A DNA stretch of 64,000 nt from Amoebidium appalachense (GCA_963693365.1 CAVNZM010000011.1:4534639-4598638), one strand, 5' to 3'; positions 37,991 to 53,601 are shown, counted from the stretch's first letter. Numbers and translations: made by a program. Notes: generated by a model from the sequence alone, not told the origin.

Positions 37991-38626
37991 TTAAGCCATG
38001 CCCCACTCCAAGGGTTGAAGTTCGACAACCGAAAACACGGCGTTGAAAATTGTCGCGATGCACCCCCCCGAAATTAGGCCCGCGGCAACGGGATAAGTGA
38101 AATTCTTTGCGTGCTCAGGGGCGGCGTATTTCCAGAGAGAATGGATTCCCTGCCCCAAAAGCTGCGCCACAGCGTACATGGGAGGGAGCAAGAATGCGAG
38201 GAAAAACACAGTCCACACGGGCATATACTTGTGGAACCGCTTAGGAATGATGAATTTCTCAGCGCACATCTGCACAAACACGATCACGGGGCAGATAATC
38301 ATAAGATAATATCCGGTAGGGTTCATGGTATCCGTTTTCTCCGTTCCGATGGTGATTCCTTTGGCCAAGGCTTCAGCGATGGCTTTCCACGCCGCGGCCG
38401 CGGACATAGGGAAGGGGCATGGGGTTATGTTAGGGTCAAGCATGCACGGGTAGGCGGTAGTATAGAGAAGGAATGCTCCAATGGACGCAAAACCTCCCAC
38501 CATCGTACCGAAGGATTGAGCAAGGAACTGAGCGTGGGGTGATGCCCCAACGAGGTACCCAGTCTTGTAGCATTGGGAAACTTCACCGGTTTGGGTGGCA
38601 GCCTGTGTGGGTTTTTTTTTTTTTTT

Positions 38627-38674
<48 letters not shown>

Positions 38675-39427
38675 GTGGGGGGAGGAGGGGAAGGGGGGGA
38701 GGAGGGGGGGGGGGGGGGGTGAGAGGGGGGGGGGGGGGGGGAGGGAAGGGTTAGCATACGTCAAGGAGCAGGAGGTACACAATTGACTGACAAAATATGT
38801 ATTGAAGATTTTCTGAAGCATACAATACTACTATCATAAGTAGGGCTCACTCGGAAGGAGGGGATGGGAGGAGGGAGGGGGAAGTGGGGCGGGGGGGGGG
38901 GGGGGGGGGGGGAGGGGCATGGCACAAAAAAACAGAACGAAGTAGGGGGGGGGGGGGGGGGGGGTTAACGGGTGCATGGCACAAAAAATAGAACGAAGTA
39001 CAATGTAAGAGACCTCCCCCTCCTCACAAAAACACACACCCTCCCCACAAGGGCTACTAATATTAGTCAGACTAGTCAGTGCAAGCAATGATGAGCAGCA
39101 TGTGGTGTCCATGTCTCCAGCAAAAACGTTGGGCTGCATGCAGATCAAATTGATTACATCTGAGATGAGAGAGGGGGCAGGAAGGGAGGGAGGGAGAGAG
39201 GGAGGGAGAGAGGGGGGAGGGGGAGGGCGGGGGGGAAGGGGGGAGGGGGGGGGGATAGAACGTCTTGCATAATACTAGCCCACATTCACGACAAACAAAC
39301 CAAAGCACAAGTTTGCAAGTGCCACACACAAGGAGTATGCATCACTAGCAGACCCCCGGCATGAAGAAGGAGGGGGAGAGGGGGAGAGGGGGGAGGAGGG
39401 GGAAGTCATTCACAGTACCCCAGTTTC

Positions 39428-39465
<38 letters not shown>

Positions 39466-42400
39466 GTGGGGGAAGGGGGGGGGGGGGGGGGGGGGGGGGG
39501 GTTGTTTACCTGGGAGACCATGTTACCGAGCAGAAGCATGGAGTTAGCAGTGGCACCCATCAGACCAATCACAATCATCAGAAGCTTTGAGAGCGTGGCC
39601 CCCATGCCCCAGTTGGTCTTGCCCTGGATCTGTGCCGTAATCACTGCGACAACCAATGAGAGTGAGTGTTTGGACACCTTATATGGCTATTGTGGGACTA
39701 GGTTTGAATGTATGTGTGGGTGGCAAAAACAAATAGCCTTTGGGGAAGATGAAGGTTGTTTCTTTGGGGCATCTTATGGCTTGCTTGGCTACTACAATTT
39801 CTAAAACAACATGGTTTGAATCGTCACTGGAAACATCCAATGAAATTAATCGATACTTTGCCGTATATGGGACTTGCCGGAGACACGTGCTGGGTGTAGT
39901 ATCTAGGGGGAATGGGTGGAGGCTGTGAAAAACGATCAGATAGCTCAGGGGAGAAGGGGAAGAAGGAAGGGGGGGGGGGGGGGGGGGAGGGGGGGTTGGT
40001 GGTGGTGGTGGTGGTGGTGGGGGGGGGGGGGGGGGGACCAGAATGTGTTAGAGAGCACGAAGCATACACTGTAACGGACAATTCGCAGCACAGGGTGCAT
40101 ATCACACACAAAGAGCATAATGCCTCATAAGCAGAGGGTAGCATATCACACACAAAGAGCATAATGCCTCATAAGCAGAGGGTAGCAAATCACACACAAA
40201 GAGCATAATGCCTCATAAGCAGAGGGTAGCATATCACACACAAAGAGCATAATGCCTCATAAGCAGAGGGTAGGCATAGGGGTAGGGGTTGGGGGTGGGG
40301 CTTTGTGAGCGGGTGAGTGGGAGGAGGGGGGAAGGGGGGGGGAGTGGGGGAGTGGGGGGGGGGGGAGGGGGGGGGGGGGGGGAGGGGGAGAATGAGGGGA
40401 GTCGGGGAAGGGGGAGGAGGGGGGGGGGGGTGAGTTGGGAGGGGGGGGGGGCGGGGGGCGGGGGAAGTTATAATTATTACTTACCGGCAAGGGGGAAGGT
40501 CAGGATGATAGCGAAAATCATTTCACTCCAGCCGATGGTATCATGGTACAGACCCATATAGCCGCCCATAGCCAGGGCAACACCTACAATCAGGGCAGGA
40601 ACCCAAATCTTGGCCGGGGTGTCATAATTAGCCTCATCATCAGGGTCGTGGGCTGATGTCGGCTCCGATTTCTGGAACATTTTCTTGATGTTGGAAGGGC
40701 GCAAACTGTCAATCATACTCTTGAACATACCCACGTTAAGGAGAACAGCGGTAATGGAGCACACGAGAAGAGCAACCACGGCCGGGAAAAGAAGGGTCTT
40801 GTCGCGCGCATAGTTGAAGCTAGGCTCGGCACCGAGAATTCCGTTACTGAATTGGATGGGAATAATAATACCGACGGCGACAATCGCACCGGCGAAAAAC
40901 CACAAATTTACAGACGGACCGACCATGAAGGCGGAGGCGACAAAGACGGGATCGAAGAGGATTTGCCACCCGTAGTTGTTTGCAATGTAAAAATACGGGT
41001 AACCCATATCGTATTCCCGGCATTCGGCGAGGTTCTTCCCGGTGCAGTTGCTGAGGTACATGAAGATCGGGAAACTGGAAAACACCGGGAAAAAGAAGAA
41101 GAAAATCCCCAAGAAGAACGATGCTGCAAAGCACATCAACATCATTCTGACTCTTTCGGCGTTCTCTTTTCCCTTTGCGTTTTTACGGTACATTGTCCTA
41201 AGCACCTCAGCCGCCGCCGACCCGTCCGGGAAAACGAGGTTTTGCGACACAATGAGATAGGTGCGCAGGCACACGCCAAAGACGATACCAAACATAGCGG
41301 CTCCGAAAATGAGAATAATGAGACGGCCGGCCTCTTGAAGTGGAGAACTGAAGTATCCGTTCCAGAACAGGACGAGGACGGGTGCTACAAGACCACCGTT
41401 GAGTCCTCCGGCTGCCGTACCTGCAGCCTGTGAATGGAGGGGGGAGGGGGGGGGGGGGGGGGGGGGGGGGGTTATTGATGTATCGGTAGTGGGGTGAAAT
41501 ATTTAAACATTTGTATCATACGTTGGAAGTGCTTTTCGAGTGCAAGGGGGAAAATGGATCGATCGATCACCTACCACAATGTAGCAACACGAGTACTTTT
41601 AGTGCAGGGGAACATTTGTGTCGATGGTTTTTAAAGTGTTTCGATGTGATGGGTGGCCGTGATGGTCGATATGGGGACTATGTTGGTAAGCTGATAAGGT
41701 CGACGTCGTATTTTGAGTGGGAGAGTACCCAGAGTGGTGAGGGGATGGGGGGGGGGGGGGGAGGGGGAGGGGGGCGGGGGGGACGGTGGGGGAAGGGGGG
41801 CGGGGGGTTAGAAAATATTCAAGCCATTATTATAACAAAAAAAAAAAGAGTCGGAGATGACTGAGCAGCTGAGAAGAAAAATCAAAAGAGGCAGATAGGC
41901 GCTAATGGCATGGAAATGAATGAAGAGGAGTCGAGCGAGAGGAGGGGCGAGAGGTTGGGTGGTGAATAACAGTGGGTGGGGACAAGGGGTAGGGGCGGCG
42001 GCGGAGGGGGGGGGGGGGGGAGATGGGAAAAGAGGAGGGAGCTGGGGGAAGGGGAGGGGGGGAGAGGGTGTATGTGTGTGTGTGTGTGTGTGTTGAGGGG
42101 GGGGGGGAGGGGGATGGGGGGAGGAGGGGGAAAAAGAGCTATATCATTTTACCTGGAAGCAGCAGTGTTCTCTGATGCCCAGGACCTGGCCGGAGCACTT
42201 GAGGACGGGCTTGAGCACAACACCACCCAGCAGGGTGGCAAACAGAGTGGCACCAATGGTGATGCCGGACTGAGGGGAGGGGGGCAACAGTTAGACTTAG
42301 GTTGGATTCAAGGGTCAGGGGATGTTAAAACTTCAGCATTATTATCCAAACGATGTAATTTGGATGGCCCGACAAACTCTCGGGAATAAGGGGTGGGGGA

Positions 42401-43251
42401 GAGGTGGGGAGGGAGGGGGAGGGGGGGGAAGGGAGGGGGGAGGGGGAGGGGGGAGGGTTGGCAGTGGGGTGCACGGGCAGGGAAAGAAAGATTGTGTTAG
42501 ATAGATTCGTCTTCGAATTCCATACATACAAATAGTTTTCTTAGCTGCATGGGTCCTAAGTTTCATCGAAATTCAACCCATCCAATTATTCATGTGAGTT
42601 CTTGCCACGGCCCTGGCATACAGTAACTTGTGTGTGTATGGGACATTGGTATTTTCACACCATTCAACACACAAACATGGGTGGTGTGCCATCGACGTAA
42701 CCTCAATCGCCCCATAAACAAATATAAATTTGGCCGATGCACGACTTACCAGATGTTCATTTTGTTTTAGCAGGCCACATGCACATGGTATCAGCCCTCC
42801 GTCCACTCACACCAAAAACACTAACCCTTCGCCTCCCGGCCAAAGATAACCTTCCTATCCACTTCTCCCCCACCCCACCCCCACTATACCCACTTCCGCA
42901 GCAGGCAAATACACAACTACAGATTAAACTTACCTTCAGCCCCAAGTACATGTTTGAAATAGCAATGAGAGCGCCGCAGAAGGACCCGAGGATAGCTGCG
43001 CGCCACGTGAACGATTTGTCCGTGTCCAAATATTCTATCTCATCCTCACCACCATCTCCCTCCCCACCCTCCGGTGGCGCGATAGCATGTTCATTTTCCT
43101 CGTCATATTCCAAGTTCTTTATGGGTACATCGTGCATGGAACGCATGGATTCCGCCATGGCCAAAAGGTCATCCCCTGTTTTCTTGGGCTCGTGGTCTCT
43201 GGTCTCGTCCACAAGAACCACTTGGCTCTCTTGCTGGTCGTATTTCGACAT
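37991..43251 (-). CDS. OPT-superfamily oligopeptide / metal-chelate transporter (YSL-like), 5 exons, about 707 aa
   Basis: Exons 43251-42934, 42269-42153, 41427-40485, 39643-39510 and 38602-37991, phase-consistent. OPT motifs: FTWRA..LGS..G......NMYLGLKSG, E....Q.AGTAAG, LR..LIV.QNLVFPDGSAAA, G.TNW, YKTGYLVGASPHAQF.AQ.FG, FPM.AAAAWKAIA, PVAAGLISG. Many hydrophobic segments. Confidence 0.92.
40097..40273. repeat. Minisatellite, about 44-bp unit, about 4 copies, in OPT intron 3
   Basis: Head-to-tail GCATATCACACACAAAGAGCATAATGCCTCATAAGCAGAGGGTA with no spacers. Confidence 0.9.
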
Positions 43252-44890
43252 TTTCCCTGTGATAATTCCCCCCCTCTTTTTAAAGTATCTTTTCGTGTTT
43301 TTGGTGGGTTTTGTTATGTTTCTGGTGTGAGGAGGTAAAGGAGAATAAAAGCAAGGGGTCGTCACACAACGGGAACAGCTGTGGGTGGGTTGGCTCAGTC
43401 CTGTGACAGCGACAAAAAAATAATATGACATGAAGCAAATAGAAACACGGCTTTTGAAAATTTGTACATACCAAGCTCACCTGACTACAGATCCAAATCA
43501 TGTGTGCTGTGCGCAAAAGAACATCAGTGGTCACACGGACACAAGGGTGGCTCTGAAAATGCACATCGCGGCAACTGAAATTTTTTTTTTTTTTTAAAAA
43601 ATAAATTAAAATATTTGATAAGAAATTTGTGAAATCTCCTCTAATTTCTCTTTGTAAGGACAGCATATTGTTAGAAGGCAAGCTTGCATAAAAGCAATGT
43701 TGACGTGATTTTTATCCTCAGATTCCTCATAACTTGCCGCCCTTGTAAAAAGCCACAACCAATGTTGTGAGCCTTGACAAATTAGCCAAATATAGGTATA
43801 TGCGATTACCCCGCTCCAATAGGATGGACCTTGGTATTTGGCCAGGAATGCAGAGCTCTAGGTGCGAGTGAGTTGGTGCATTGATGGTGAGCCACAAACA
43901 GCATTATCGTAGCCAAATTTGAGTGCAAACACCTGTATTTATTTATTTATTTATTCTAATATTCACCGTGGAAATTGCTACGTAGCCTCTTTTCCCGGTA
44001 CTATCTCACTTTTTTGTATTTCAGTTCCGGTAAAACAATAAGAGTACCACACAGCCATTCCCTCCCCCCTCCCCCCCCCTCCCCGAGCCGGGAGTCCGGC
44101 ACCACCACTGGTCCCTCCTCCCCCCTCACGTAGGCTGACACAGACACATGTAGGTTACACAAATGCACGTTTGGAACTCACAAGCGGGAAAAAAAGAGTG
44201 AAAACAAGAGAAAGGAAAAGGAAACGAGAAAGGCAAGGGGGGGTGGAGGTTCTCGCTTGAGTCCGAAATTCACGAAGTCAACATGTGTACACGGGGACGA
44301 CGCCCTTCACTGACGTCATGACGCCGCGGCGACGCCGCGGGTGTAGCCCCGGGCCGGTGACGTAGCAGCCGCATGGGTGGCCACCGGGTGCACGGCCGCG
44401 TACACGTGACACGCATGCGCACGAGTCCAACAATTACGCAGAGACTCAGAGTCCCGTGCTGCGTGGATCTGCCAGACCCGGCTCAAACCTGACACGGTAT
44501 CATATTTATGTACTTCCAACACCGCTTCCACCACAATGTGGACATCATACATTTATCACATCCGAACCGATAATATTAGGTGGTGAGTTCCTGGGCAACC
44601 ACGGATGATATCGATGTAACCATAATTCGAAGAAAGGGGGCACGGGCCGGCCCCGAAATTTGAAGGGAAGGGGCTCGGGGGAAAGGGGGGGAGGGGAGGG
44701 GGGGGGAGTTTGGGGGGGGAGGGGGGGAGGGGGGAGGGGGAGGAGTAATTAAAAGAGAGAGAGAGGAAGGCAGGCAGGGATGGAGGGAGGGATCCTCGAA
44801 GGAGGGACGGACGGACGGAGGAAGGGAGGGAAGGAGGGAGGGAGGGAGAGAGAGGGAGGGGGGGGGGAAAGGGGGGGGGGGGGGGGGGGA

Positions 44891-45191
<301 letters not shown>

Positions 45192-45590
45192 AGGGCCCAA
45201 CCACATTTAGCAGAATTATTACGCAAAAGCAGAACCACTCTGCTTTTAGCAAAATTAGTCTGCAAAAAGCAGAATTATTAGGCAAAAAGCAGAATTATTC
45301 TGCCGAAAGCAGGCTTGTTCTGCAAAAGCAGAATTTTCTGCAAACAGCAGAATCAATCTGCTAAAAACAGAATCATTTTGAATCATTCTGCTAAAAGCAG
45401 AACTATTCTGCTAAAAGCAGAATTATTCAGCTAAAAGCAGAACTATTCGGCTTGTCGAAGCAGATTAATTTTGCTTTTTGCGGAATAATTCTGCTAAAAG
45501 CAGAACGATTCTTCTAAAAGCAGGATAGTTTTGCCTTTGCAGAATAATTCTGCTTTTTGCAAGTCACCTCTGCCGATATGGTTGGGCCCT
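45192..45590. mobile_element. Non-autonomous TIR element, about 400 bp, with internal (AAAA)GCAGAATTATT repeats
   Basis: Terminal inverted repeats AGGGCCCAACCA...TGGTTGGGCCCT with further imperfect complementarity. The interior is many degenerate GCAGAA/TTCTGC units in both orientations. Flanks share AAGAGA (45186-45191 and 45591-45596), but the left flank is a GA microsatellite, so the TSD is ambiguous. Confidence 0.7.
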
Positions 45591-46125
45591 AAGAGAGTTG
45601 GGGGGGGGGGGGGGGGGGGGGGAAGAGAGATATGGAGGGGGGGCGGGGCGGAGTTGTGGAGAGGGGGGGAGGGGGGGGGGGGGGAGAGGCCGGGTCTAAT
45701 CACTAATGTGGGGTCGGGGTGGGTGTGTGGGTGGGAGGGGGGGAGGGGGGGGAGGGGGAAGGGGGAGGGGGGCCGTAAGGGGGGGGGGGGGGGGAGGGGG
45801 GGACGGGGGCCGTTTATGTACATTTGACAGGCTCGTTCTGCCCCTCTCCTCCCCCTCCGGCCCCCCCTCCTCCACCCCCTCCCTGCCGCCCCTCCTTCTT
45901 CTCCTCCTCTTCACATTCGATTTGACTTGCCTGTTCACTTTCACTCGCCTTCATTCATGAGGCTGTCTATCTGTGTGTTGTCTAGATCTGTGTGTTTGTT
46001 TGTGTCTCTCACAGAAGCTCTCTCGGTGTGGCATCTCTCTCTCTCTGTGTGTGTGTGTACCTGTGCATGTGCGTGTGTGTATCTGTGCATGTGCATGTGT
46101 ATGTGTGTGTGTGTGTATGTATGTT

Positions 46126-46171
<46 letters not shown>

Positions 46172-46326
46172 CGTTGTGTGTGTGTGTGTGTGACATTTGT
46201 GTGTGTGTGTGTGCGTGTGTATGCATGCGTGCCAGTGTGTGTGCATGCACGGGCACGCGTCGCGGTGTACTCAAAACAACTTTATGTGTGTGAGTGTCCT
46301 TGTGTCTGTGTCTGCATGCTGCATGT

Positions 46327-46384
<58 letters not shown>

Positions 46385-47239
46385 ACGTGTGCACGTGTGT
46401 GTGTCACTGTCTGTATGCACACACGCACACGCCCGCAACGGTGGCCTACTTGTGTGTCCGGTGGTGTGTGTGTGCTGTTGGGGTGCCGGCAACTTGTGAG
46501 TGTGCACGTGGGTGCATGTGTGTGTGCGGGCGGGGCGCCGGTGCGCGATTGTGCGTTTGTATGTCTGTCTGTCTCTCTGCCACGAGCTGTCTGCCTTCCT
46601 CTGTGCTGTGTGTGTGTGTTTCTGTGTTTCTGATGTGTGTATCACTTGTGTATGTCTGTGTGTGTGCATATGTTGTGTGTGTGTGTACATGTGTGTGTAA
46701 GTGCGTGCGCGCATGTATGTGTGTGTGTGTATCATCATTCAGTGTTTATGTATGTGTGCTTGTTTAGCTAAGTGTGTGTGTGTGTGTTATGCCGTAAGGA
46801 GCTGGGGTGGGTGGGTGGGTGGGTGGGTGGGGGGAGGGGGGAGGGGGGGGGGGGGGGGGGGGGAGCGGGAGGAAAGGGAGGGCTCAGAATTAGAAAGCAA
46901 GCAGTAAGGCTTCTTACCAATGCACGGGGGGAATACTCTTGTGCACACAGTGCACATAGTTTGTATTTAGTTTGTTTCGGTATGAACTCTCATACACGGT
47001 ACTGTATTCTCTGTGGGACTGTGGGGTTTTCTCAGCTTCACACCGTATTTTTACACTCTATCCACACCGCCTTGCATAAGTTAGGCTACATTACACTTCA
47101 AGAGACATCATTCACTAATACACCTATTATACTACAATATGCCCGATCAACTACACACGTCATGATTCTATTCCAAGTCACGTACAAATATAATTATAAT
47201 GTTCTATTAATAAGTATAACAAATACCTATATGATGATC

Positions 47240-49174
47240 TTAGTCGACCTCCTCAACCGTTGGGCCCTGGTGGTTAGCGCCGGTTTTTAAGTTACCGGGT
47301 CCCCCGGGCATGGGGCCATTTGATTGGTGCATCTTTGCAAACGGCGGCGATGCCACACCCTGCAGCTCACTGAGCATGTGCTCGTACTCGTCCTTGCTGG
47401 CCGTCTGGTTGTGCTCTAGCCAATCAAGCGTCTCCTTTGCCTTGCTAAGTAGAGCGCTGCGTTGCGATTCGTCGATCTTGCCCTTAACCTTGTCGTCCTC
47501 GCACGTGGCCTTAACCTGGAACGCGTATGCCTCGAGGCTATTTTTAGCAGCCACCCTCTCCCTCTGCTCGTCATCCTGCTGCCTGAACCTCTCTGCCTCC
47601 GCCACCATACGCTCAATATCGGCCTGTGTGAGTCTCTCCTTATCATTCTTAACCGTAATAGTGTTGCTTCTCCCCGTGGACTTGTCGCACGCCATCACCT
47701 TAAGAATGCCGTTGGCGTCGACGTCAAACGTCACCTCAATCTGCGGCACTCCGCGAGGGGCCCGGGGGATATCCGGGAGATCGAACTTGCCCAGCAGGTT
47801 GTTGTCTTTGGTCATGGCACGTTCACCCTCGTAGACCTTAATGGTCACCGCGGGTTGGTTGTCTGCGTACGTGGTGAATGTCTGTGTCTGCTTGGTAGGC
47901 ACAGTGGTGTTGCGCTTTATCAGTGGTGTCATTACTCCGCCGGCCGTTTCAATACCCAATGACAGCGGGGCCACGTCGAGCAGAAGGAGGTCGGAGGCGT
48001 CGCCGGACGTGTCGCCTGTGAGGATTGCGGCCTGCACGGCGGCGCCGTAGGCAACGGCTTCGTCAGGGTTGATGGACCGGTTGAGTTCTCTCCCGTTGAA
48101 ATAGTCGCTTAGCAGTTTCTGAATCTTGGGGATGCGCGTCGACCCCCCCACAAGCACAACCTCGTCAATGAACCCCTTGTCGAGTTTAGAGTCCCGCATG
48201 GCCTTTTCTACGGGCTCAAGGGTGGACCGGAAAAGGTCTGCACACAGTTCCTCGAAGCGTGCGCGGGTGATGGACGTGTAGAAGTCGATGCCGTCCATCA
48301 GAGAGTCCACCTCGATGGTGGCCTGTGCAGACGACGAGAGGGTGCGCTTGGCCCGCTCACACGCCGTCCGGAGCCGCCGTAGGGACCGGGCATTGGTCTT
48401 GAGGTCCTTCTTGTGCTTGCGGTTGAACTCGGCAACAAAATGGTCCACTAGCCGGTTGTCAAAATCCTCCCCGCCCAAATGTGTGTCCCCGGCTGTGGCC
48501 TTGACCTCAAACACACCGTTGTCGAGGGAAAGAATACTCACGTCAAACGTGCCGCCGCCCAGGTCGAAGATGAGAATGTTGCGCTCCTTCTTGTCCTTCT
48601 TGTCCAGCCCGTAGGCAATAGCTGCGGCCGTGGGCTCGTTGATGATGCGCAACACGTTGAGGCCGGCAATGGCGCCTGCGTCCTTTGTGCTTTGGCGCTG
48701 TGCGTCGTTGAAGTATGCGGGTACGGTGATGACGGCGCTAGTTACGGGCTGGCCCAGGTAGGCCTCGGCCGTCTCCTTCATCTTGGAAAGTACCATGGCG
48801 CTGATTTCCTCCGGCAGGAACGTCTTCTGCTCGTGCATGAACTCAACCTCCACTGCGGGCTTGCCGTCCTTGTCTATGACCTTGAAGGGGAAGTGTTTCA
48901 TGTCGCTCTGCACTTCGGGGTCGTTGAAGCGCCGCCCAATGAGCCGTTTTGCGTCAAATACAGTGTTGTGTGGGTTCATGGCCACTTGGTTCTTGGCCGC
49001 GTCGCCCACCAGGCGTTCTGTGTCGGTGAAGGCGACATAGGAGGGTGTTGTGCGGTTGCCCTGATCGTTGGCTATGATCTCCACCTTGCCGTGCTGGTAC
49101 ACACCCACACAGGAGTAGGTCGTGCCTAGGTCAATGCCGATGGCTGGCCCGCTAGTGCTCTTTGTTGGCGCCAT
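47240..49174 (-). CDS. HSP70: Cytosolic Hsp70, intronless, 644 aa
   Basis: Single ORF with Hsp70 signatures [22 protein letters not shown] and [14 protein letters not shown], the RARFEEL motif and the cytosolic C-terminus GPTVEEVD. Confidence 0.99.
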   Translation of the reverse strand: MAPTKSTSGPAIGIDLGTTYSCVGVYQHGKVEIIANDQGNRTTPSYVAFTDTERLVGDAAKNQVAMNPHNTVFDAKRLIGRRFNDPEVQSDMKHFPFKVIDKDGKPAVEVEFMHEQKTFLPEEISAMVLSKMKETAEAYLGQPVTSAVITVPAYFNDAQRQSTKDAGAIAGLNVLRIINEPTAAAIAYGLDKKDKKERNILIFDLGGGTFDVSILSLDNGVFEVKATAGDTHLGGEDFDNRLVDHFVAEFNRKHKKDLKTNARSLRRLRTACERAKRTLSSSAQATIEVDSLMDGIDFYTSITRARFEELCADLFRSTLEPVEKAMRDSKLDKGFIDEVVLVGGSTRIPKIQKLLSDYFNGRELNRSINPDEAVAYGAAVQAAILTGDTSGDASDLLLLDVAPLSLGIETAGGVMTPLIKRNTTVPTKQTQTFTTYADNQPAVTIKVYEGERAMTKDNNLLGKFDLPDIPRAPRGVPQIEVTFDVDANGILKVMACDKSTGRSNTITVKNDKERLTQADIERMVAEAERFRQQDDEQRERVAAKNSLEAYAFQVKATCEDDKVKGKIDESQRSALLSKAKETLDWLEHNQTASKDEYEHMLSELQGVASPPFAKMHQSNGPMPGGPGNLKTGANHQGPTVEEVD

Positions 49175-49310
49175 GTTTTATGTAGTGTTTTCTGTAATTT
49201 TGTAGTAGCAGTTGTTGTTGCTAGGTTTGCGTTTTCAATCGCAGTTAAACGTTGTGTGCGACAGTGCCTGCAAGTTTGAGAAGTGAGGGATGCAGGATGA
49301 AGAGAGCTGG

Positions 49311-49370
49311 ATTTATATCTTTTGCTCGAAACAGCTGACCAATCAAAGCAGCCAACCGAATGAGCCAATC
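49311..49370 (-). promoter_or_regulatory. Hsp70 core promoter: TATA box plus two CCAAT boxes
   Basis: Minus-strand TATAAA at 49317-49312, about 140 bp upstream of the ATG. CCAAT at 49339-49343 and 49365-49369 (+ strand orientation). No clean nGAAnnTTCn heat-shock array seen by eye. Confidence 0.55.
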
Positions 49371-49865
49371 GCATTCGTTGGTTTTCTTTGAGACTTGTTT
49401 GTAACATATACTAGCCTTAATACACTGATAATTAGTTGGAGAAGCATATGTTATATGCAATTTGCAATTTTACATCATATCTGTGATTTATTCTCATGAA
49501 TAACAGGTGCAAACCCTCATGTCGGCTCTCAATCTAGACCATTCCATTACACTCCGGAATGTCGACATGAAACTCGGGAACAATCCCGATTGGCGCCCTG
49601 GAATTCGCTGCTTATCTGGTTTGTGATTGGTTACTTGGACTGCGTCCCGACTACATAGAGCATCGATGGATTCATTTTTCGTCAGCTGCAGAATTCGGAG
49701 CGTTCCTGGGCCCCACATCGAGGTTGCTGGTAAGACACCCCCCCCAAAAGATGCGCCACCCGCCCATAATGCATGCTGCAGCTCCAGCAAGTATTCACGC
49801 ACAGGTGCCACAGACGCACACGGAGAAATGAAGAAGCACACAGACACAGACACAAACGCAAGAAC

Positions 49866-50666
<801 letters not shown>

Positions 50667-52704
50667 GCGCGCGTGCGCGCGCGCGCACACGCACACACAC
50701 ACAGACACATGTACACAGGTGGCCGTGGTATGTAGAATATACACTGTCAAACATACTGACAGTGTGTTGGCGCACGTACGTTTGCACACACACACACACA
50801 CACGCGCACATACGCACAGAGTCAAGTACATGCGCGCACGTACAATTCAAAACCCGCCCACGCGCACCCACACAACCACGCACACACGCACACACGCGGG
50901 CAGGCACACACAGTTACATGCCACACACATAGACATACACACGTACACACACACACAAAAAAAAAGAAAAAAAAAAGAAAAATGCATACTGTAACACCCA
51001 TGACTGTGTGTATGTTATGCATCCGTGTGTGTGCTGCGCACAGATATGTGGCTAAGATGGCCTATAATTAAAAGATGCAGAATTTAAGAATGGAGCCATA
51101 TTTCAGAGTTCGCAGTGATATTATGGTGTCGATTTAAAACCGGGAGGGTGAAGCCAGAGAAGGGGGGGGGGGAGGGGGGGGGGGGGGGGAGCGGGGGAGT
51201 GGGGGTGGGGGGGAGGGGAGGGGGCGGGGGAGTGGGGGCAGGGGAGTGGGGGGGGGGGGGGGGGGCAGGGGGCAAGGGGGTTGTGGAATGTGCTACACCG
51301 TGAAACATGATTGAACCAACGGGTAGCCTGATGTGGTTACTCAAAAAAGGACGTGCATAAACTTTTGGCGGTATGCAACAATTACGTAGGCCCCAGAAGG
51401 GTGGGTGGATCAAGTCATGCACAGTGCCCGAGGTTCATTTTTATTCCAGATTATCGCTGACTGGAAAAAAAAGAGGAAAAAACGATGGTAACGATTGCAG
51501 ATGTGGTGGTGGTACATGTACATGTGCACACTGTGTGTGTGTGTGTGTGTGTGTGAGTGTGTGAGTGTGTGTGTGGGGTGGGGGGTGGGGGGTGGGGGGT
51601 GTATATGGGAACAACTACAATATGTGACGTCTTCCAGTGCAGTTGAAAGATTTAGATTTAGCCATGATCACAAATTTACAAAACCACACAGGAATCCCTG
51701 ATTTAGGTACATACACGCCAAACGGTATCTTGGTGGTAGCATATGTGCTGGCCCCAAAATTGCCGATGCTTGACTTGTATATAACAGTATTTATTTATTG
51801 TTTAAACACTCCGGCTCTTAATTGAGACCTACGTATGCTAACATCCAAAGCCTGGTTGGTTGAGCATGGCTACGATAAGAATGTCCGTGTAATAATAAAT
51901 AGTTTGTGTGGTGTGGTGGCACCGCAAATGAGGGTCCAAAATGAGTGTTTTTGCCCTTATCTGTGGGAATGTCTGTGAAAGAGATAGAGAAGGAGGGTGG
52001 GGAATGGGGAGCGGGGGGCAGCATTGGAAAATCTACCAAATAAGATTTCCTTCTGGTGGTTCCCCAACTCCGGACTCTTCCCCCCCCCCCCCCCCCCCTC
52101 TCACCTACGGGTCCTACCTCGACCCTAATGGGGGGGGAGGGAGAGGAGAGAAAGAGAGAATAATGGAACCGAAACCTTTTTGTGCCCTGGGGAGGAGGGG
52201 GGGAGGGGGAGTGGGGGAGAGGGGGGGGAGGGGAGGAGCAGTCGCGAGGGTGGGCACTGCCAGCGCAAAATCTCAAAGTTCCCACAACGGCTCCTACGAC
52301 GGAAGCCCCCTTGCACATGTTGGACAATACGAAAACCGATGAGGCAAAGCCAGGGGAGAGCAATTCCATGTCTCATATCCATACAACTTGTCAAATGAAG
52401 AGGTCGTAAAGGTGAACACGGCAGCCCCAATCGTAGTAGCTGCACTAGAGCCTAAGACAAACATTTGGACTCTTACGGTTTTGGGGGTTTTATGGTTCAT
52501 TTTGTTGGAATTATCTCATTACGTCGTGCTTTGCTCAGCGAATGACGTGAAGTGATCTCCCTATACCTAGAGCTTGCCCTTAGCCATGATGGTTCACCGA
52601 ACCGCGGGGCTCCGAGGGGTGAGGGTGGGGGACTCATTCTATAAAAAGAAAGATCCCCTTAATTCCCCCCAATCCGGACCCCCCCCCCCCCCCCCACCCC
52701 CCCT

Positions 52705-52744
<40 letters not shown>

Positions 52745-52834
52745 TTCTCCCTCCCTTAACCACCCCCGGGCCCTCTGCCGATGTAGAGAGGGGTGGGGAG
52801 GAGGCCTAAGAAAGGGGCTCCTCTACCGAAGAAT

Positions 52835-52888
<54 letters not shown>

Positions 52889-53551
52889 ATGGTAAAACTG
52901 AAGGGAGGGGGGGGGGGGGGGGGGGGGGGGAGGTGGAGGGGGGGGGGGAGGGGGTGGTCAGGGGGAGTGGGGGGGAAGGGGGGAGGGGGGAGGGGGAGGG
53001 GAAGGGGGGGTCAGGAGCAAAAAGGAGGCGAGAAAGGGGCGCGGGCCGCAGGGAAGTGGCGCTGGGCACTGCCAGTGGACATTCTCAAAAAAATTCCCAT
53101 GGATGGGGAGTGCGTATACCCCCCCCCCCCCCCCCCCCCCCCTAAATAGCCAATCATTGGTAGGCGTCAGCTACTGCATGTCTTGTATGTACACACAAGA
53201 CACCCCCGCACACACACACACACACTCACACGCGTGTTCACGGCACACATATATACACACTGTTCCCCGTCCTCCCCCCCCCCCCCCCCCCCCCCCACCA
53301 CCACCACCCAAAAAAAAGCGTGCACGCACACACCCAGACCGGGTCCCACGTATGTAAACACATTTGGAGCAAAAGACCATAGGTTGTTACTGTAACTTTT
53401 TTTTTTTTATTGCACCTGCAAAGGTGATATGTAATCTGGCACGCAGATGTTGCCTATAATGTCTGTCCAAATGTCAGCCGTTTTCCTTATACGCGCATTC
53501 AAAAGAAGTATGCTCTCCCAAGTCGACTCACTGTGTTGCATGTAAACTTGT

Positions 53552-53601
<50 letters not shown>

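Noticed and set aside
40097-40273. 44-bp repeat as a possible CRISPR array
   Set aside because: Units are head-to-tail with no unique spacers, there are no cas genes, and it sits in a eukaryotic intron.
47310-49129. Plus-strand ORFs overlapping Hsp70 (and similar ones over OPT and ppd exons)
   Set aside because: Antisense shadows of GC-rich coding exons, a familiar feature of hsp70 genes.
51818-52500. Two overlapping hydrophobic minus-strand ORFs as a frameshifted transporter pseudogene
   Set aside because: No family motif is recognisable, and part of the sequence recurs at about 53063, suggesting repeat-derived DNA.
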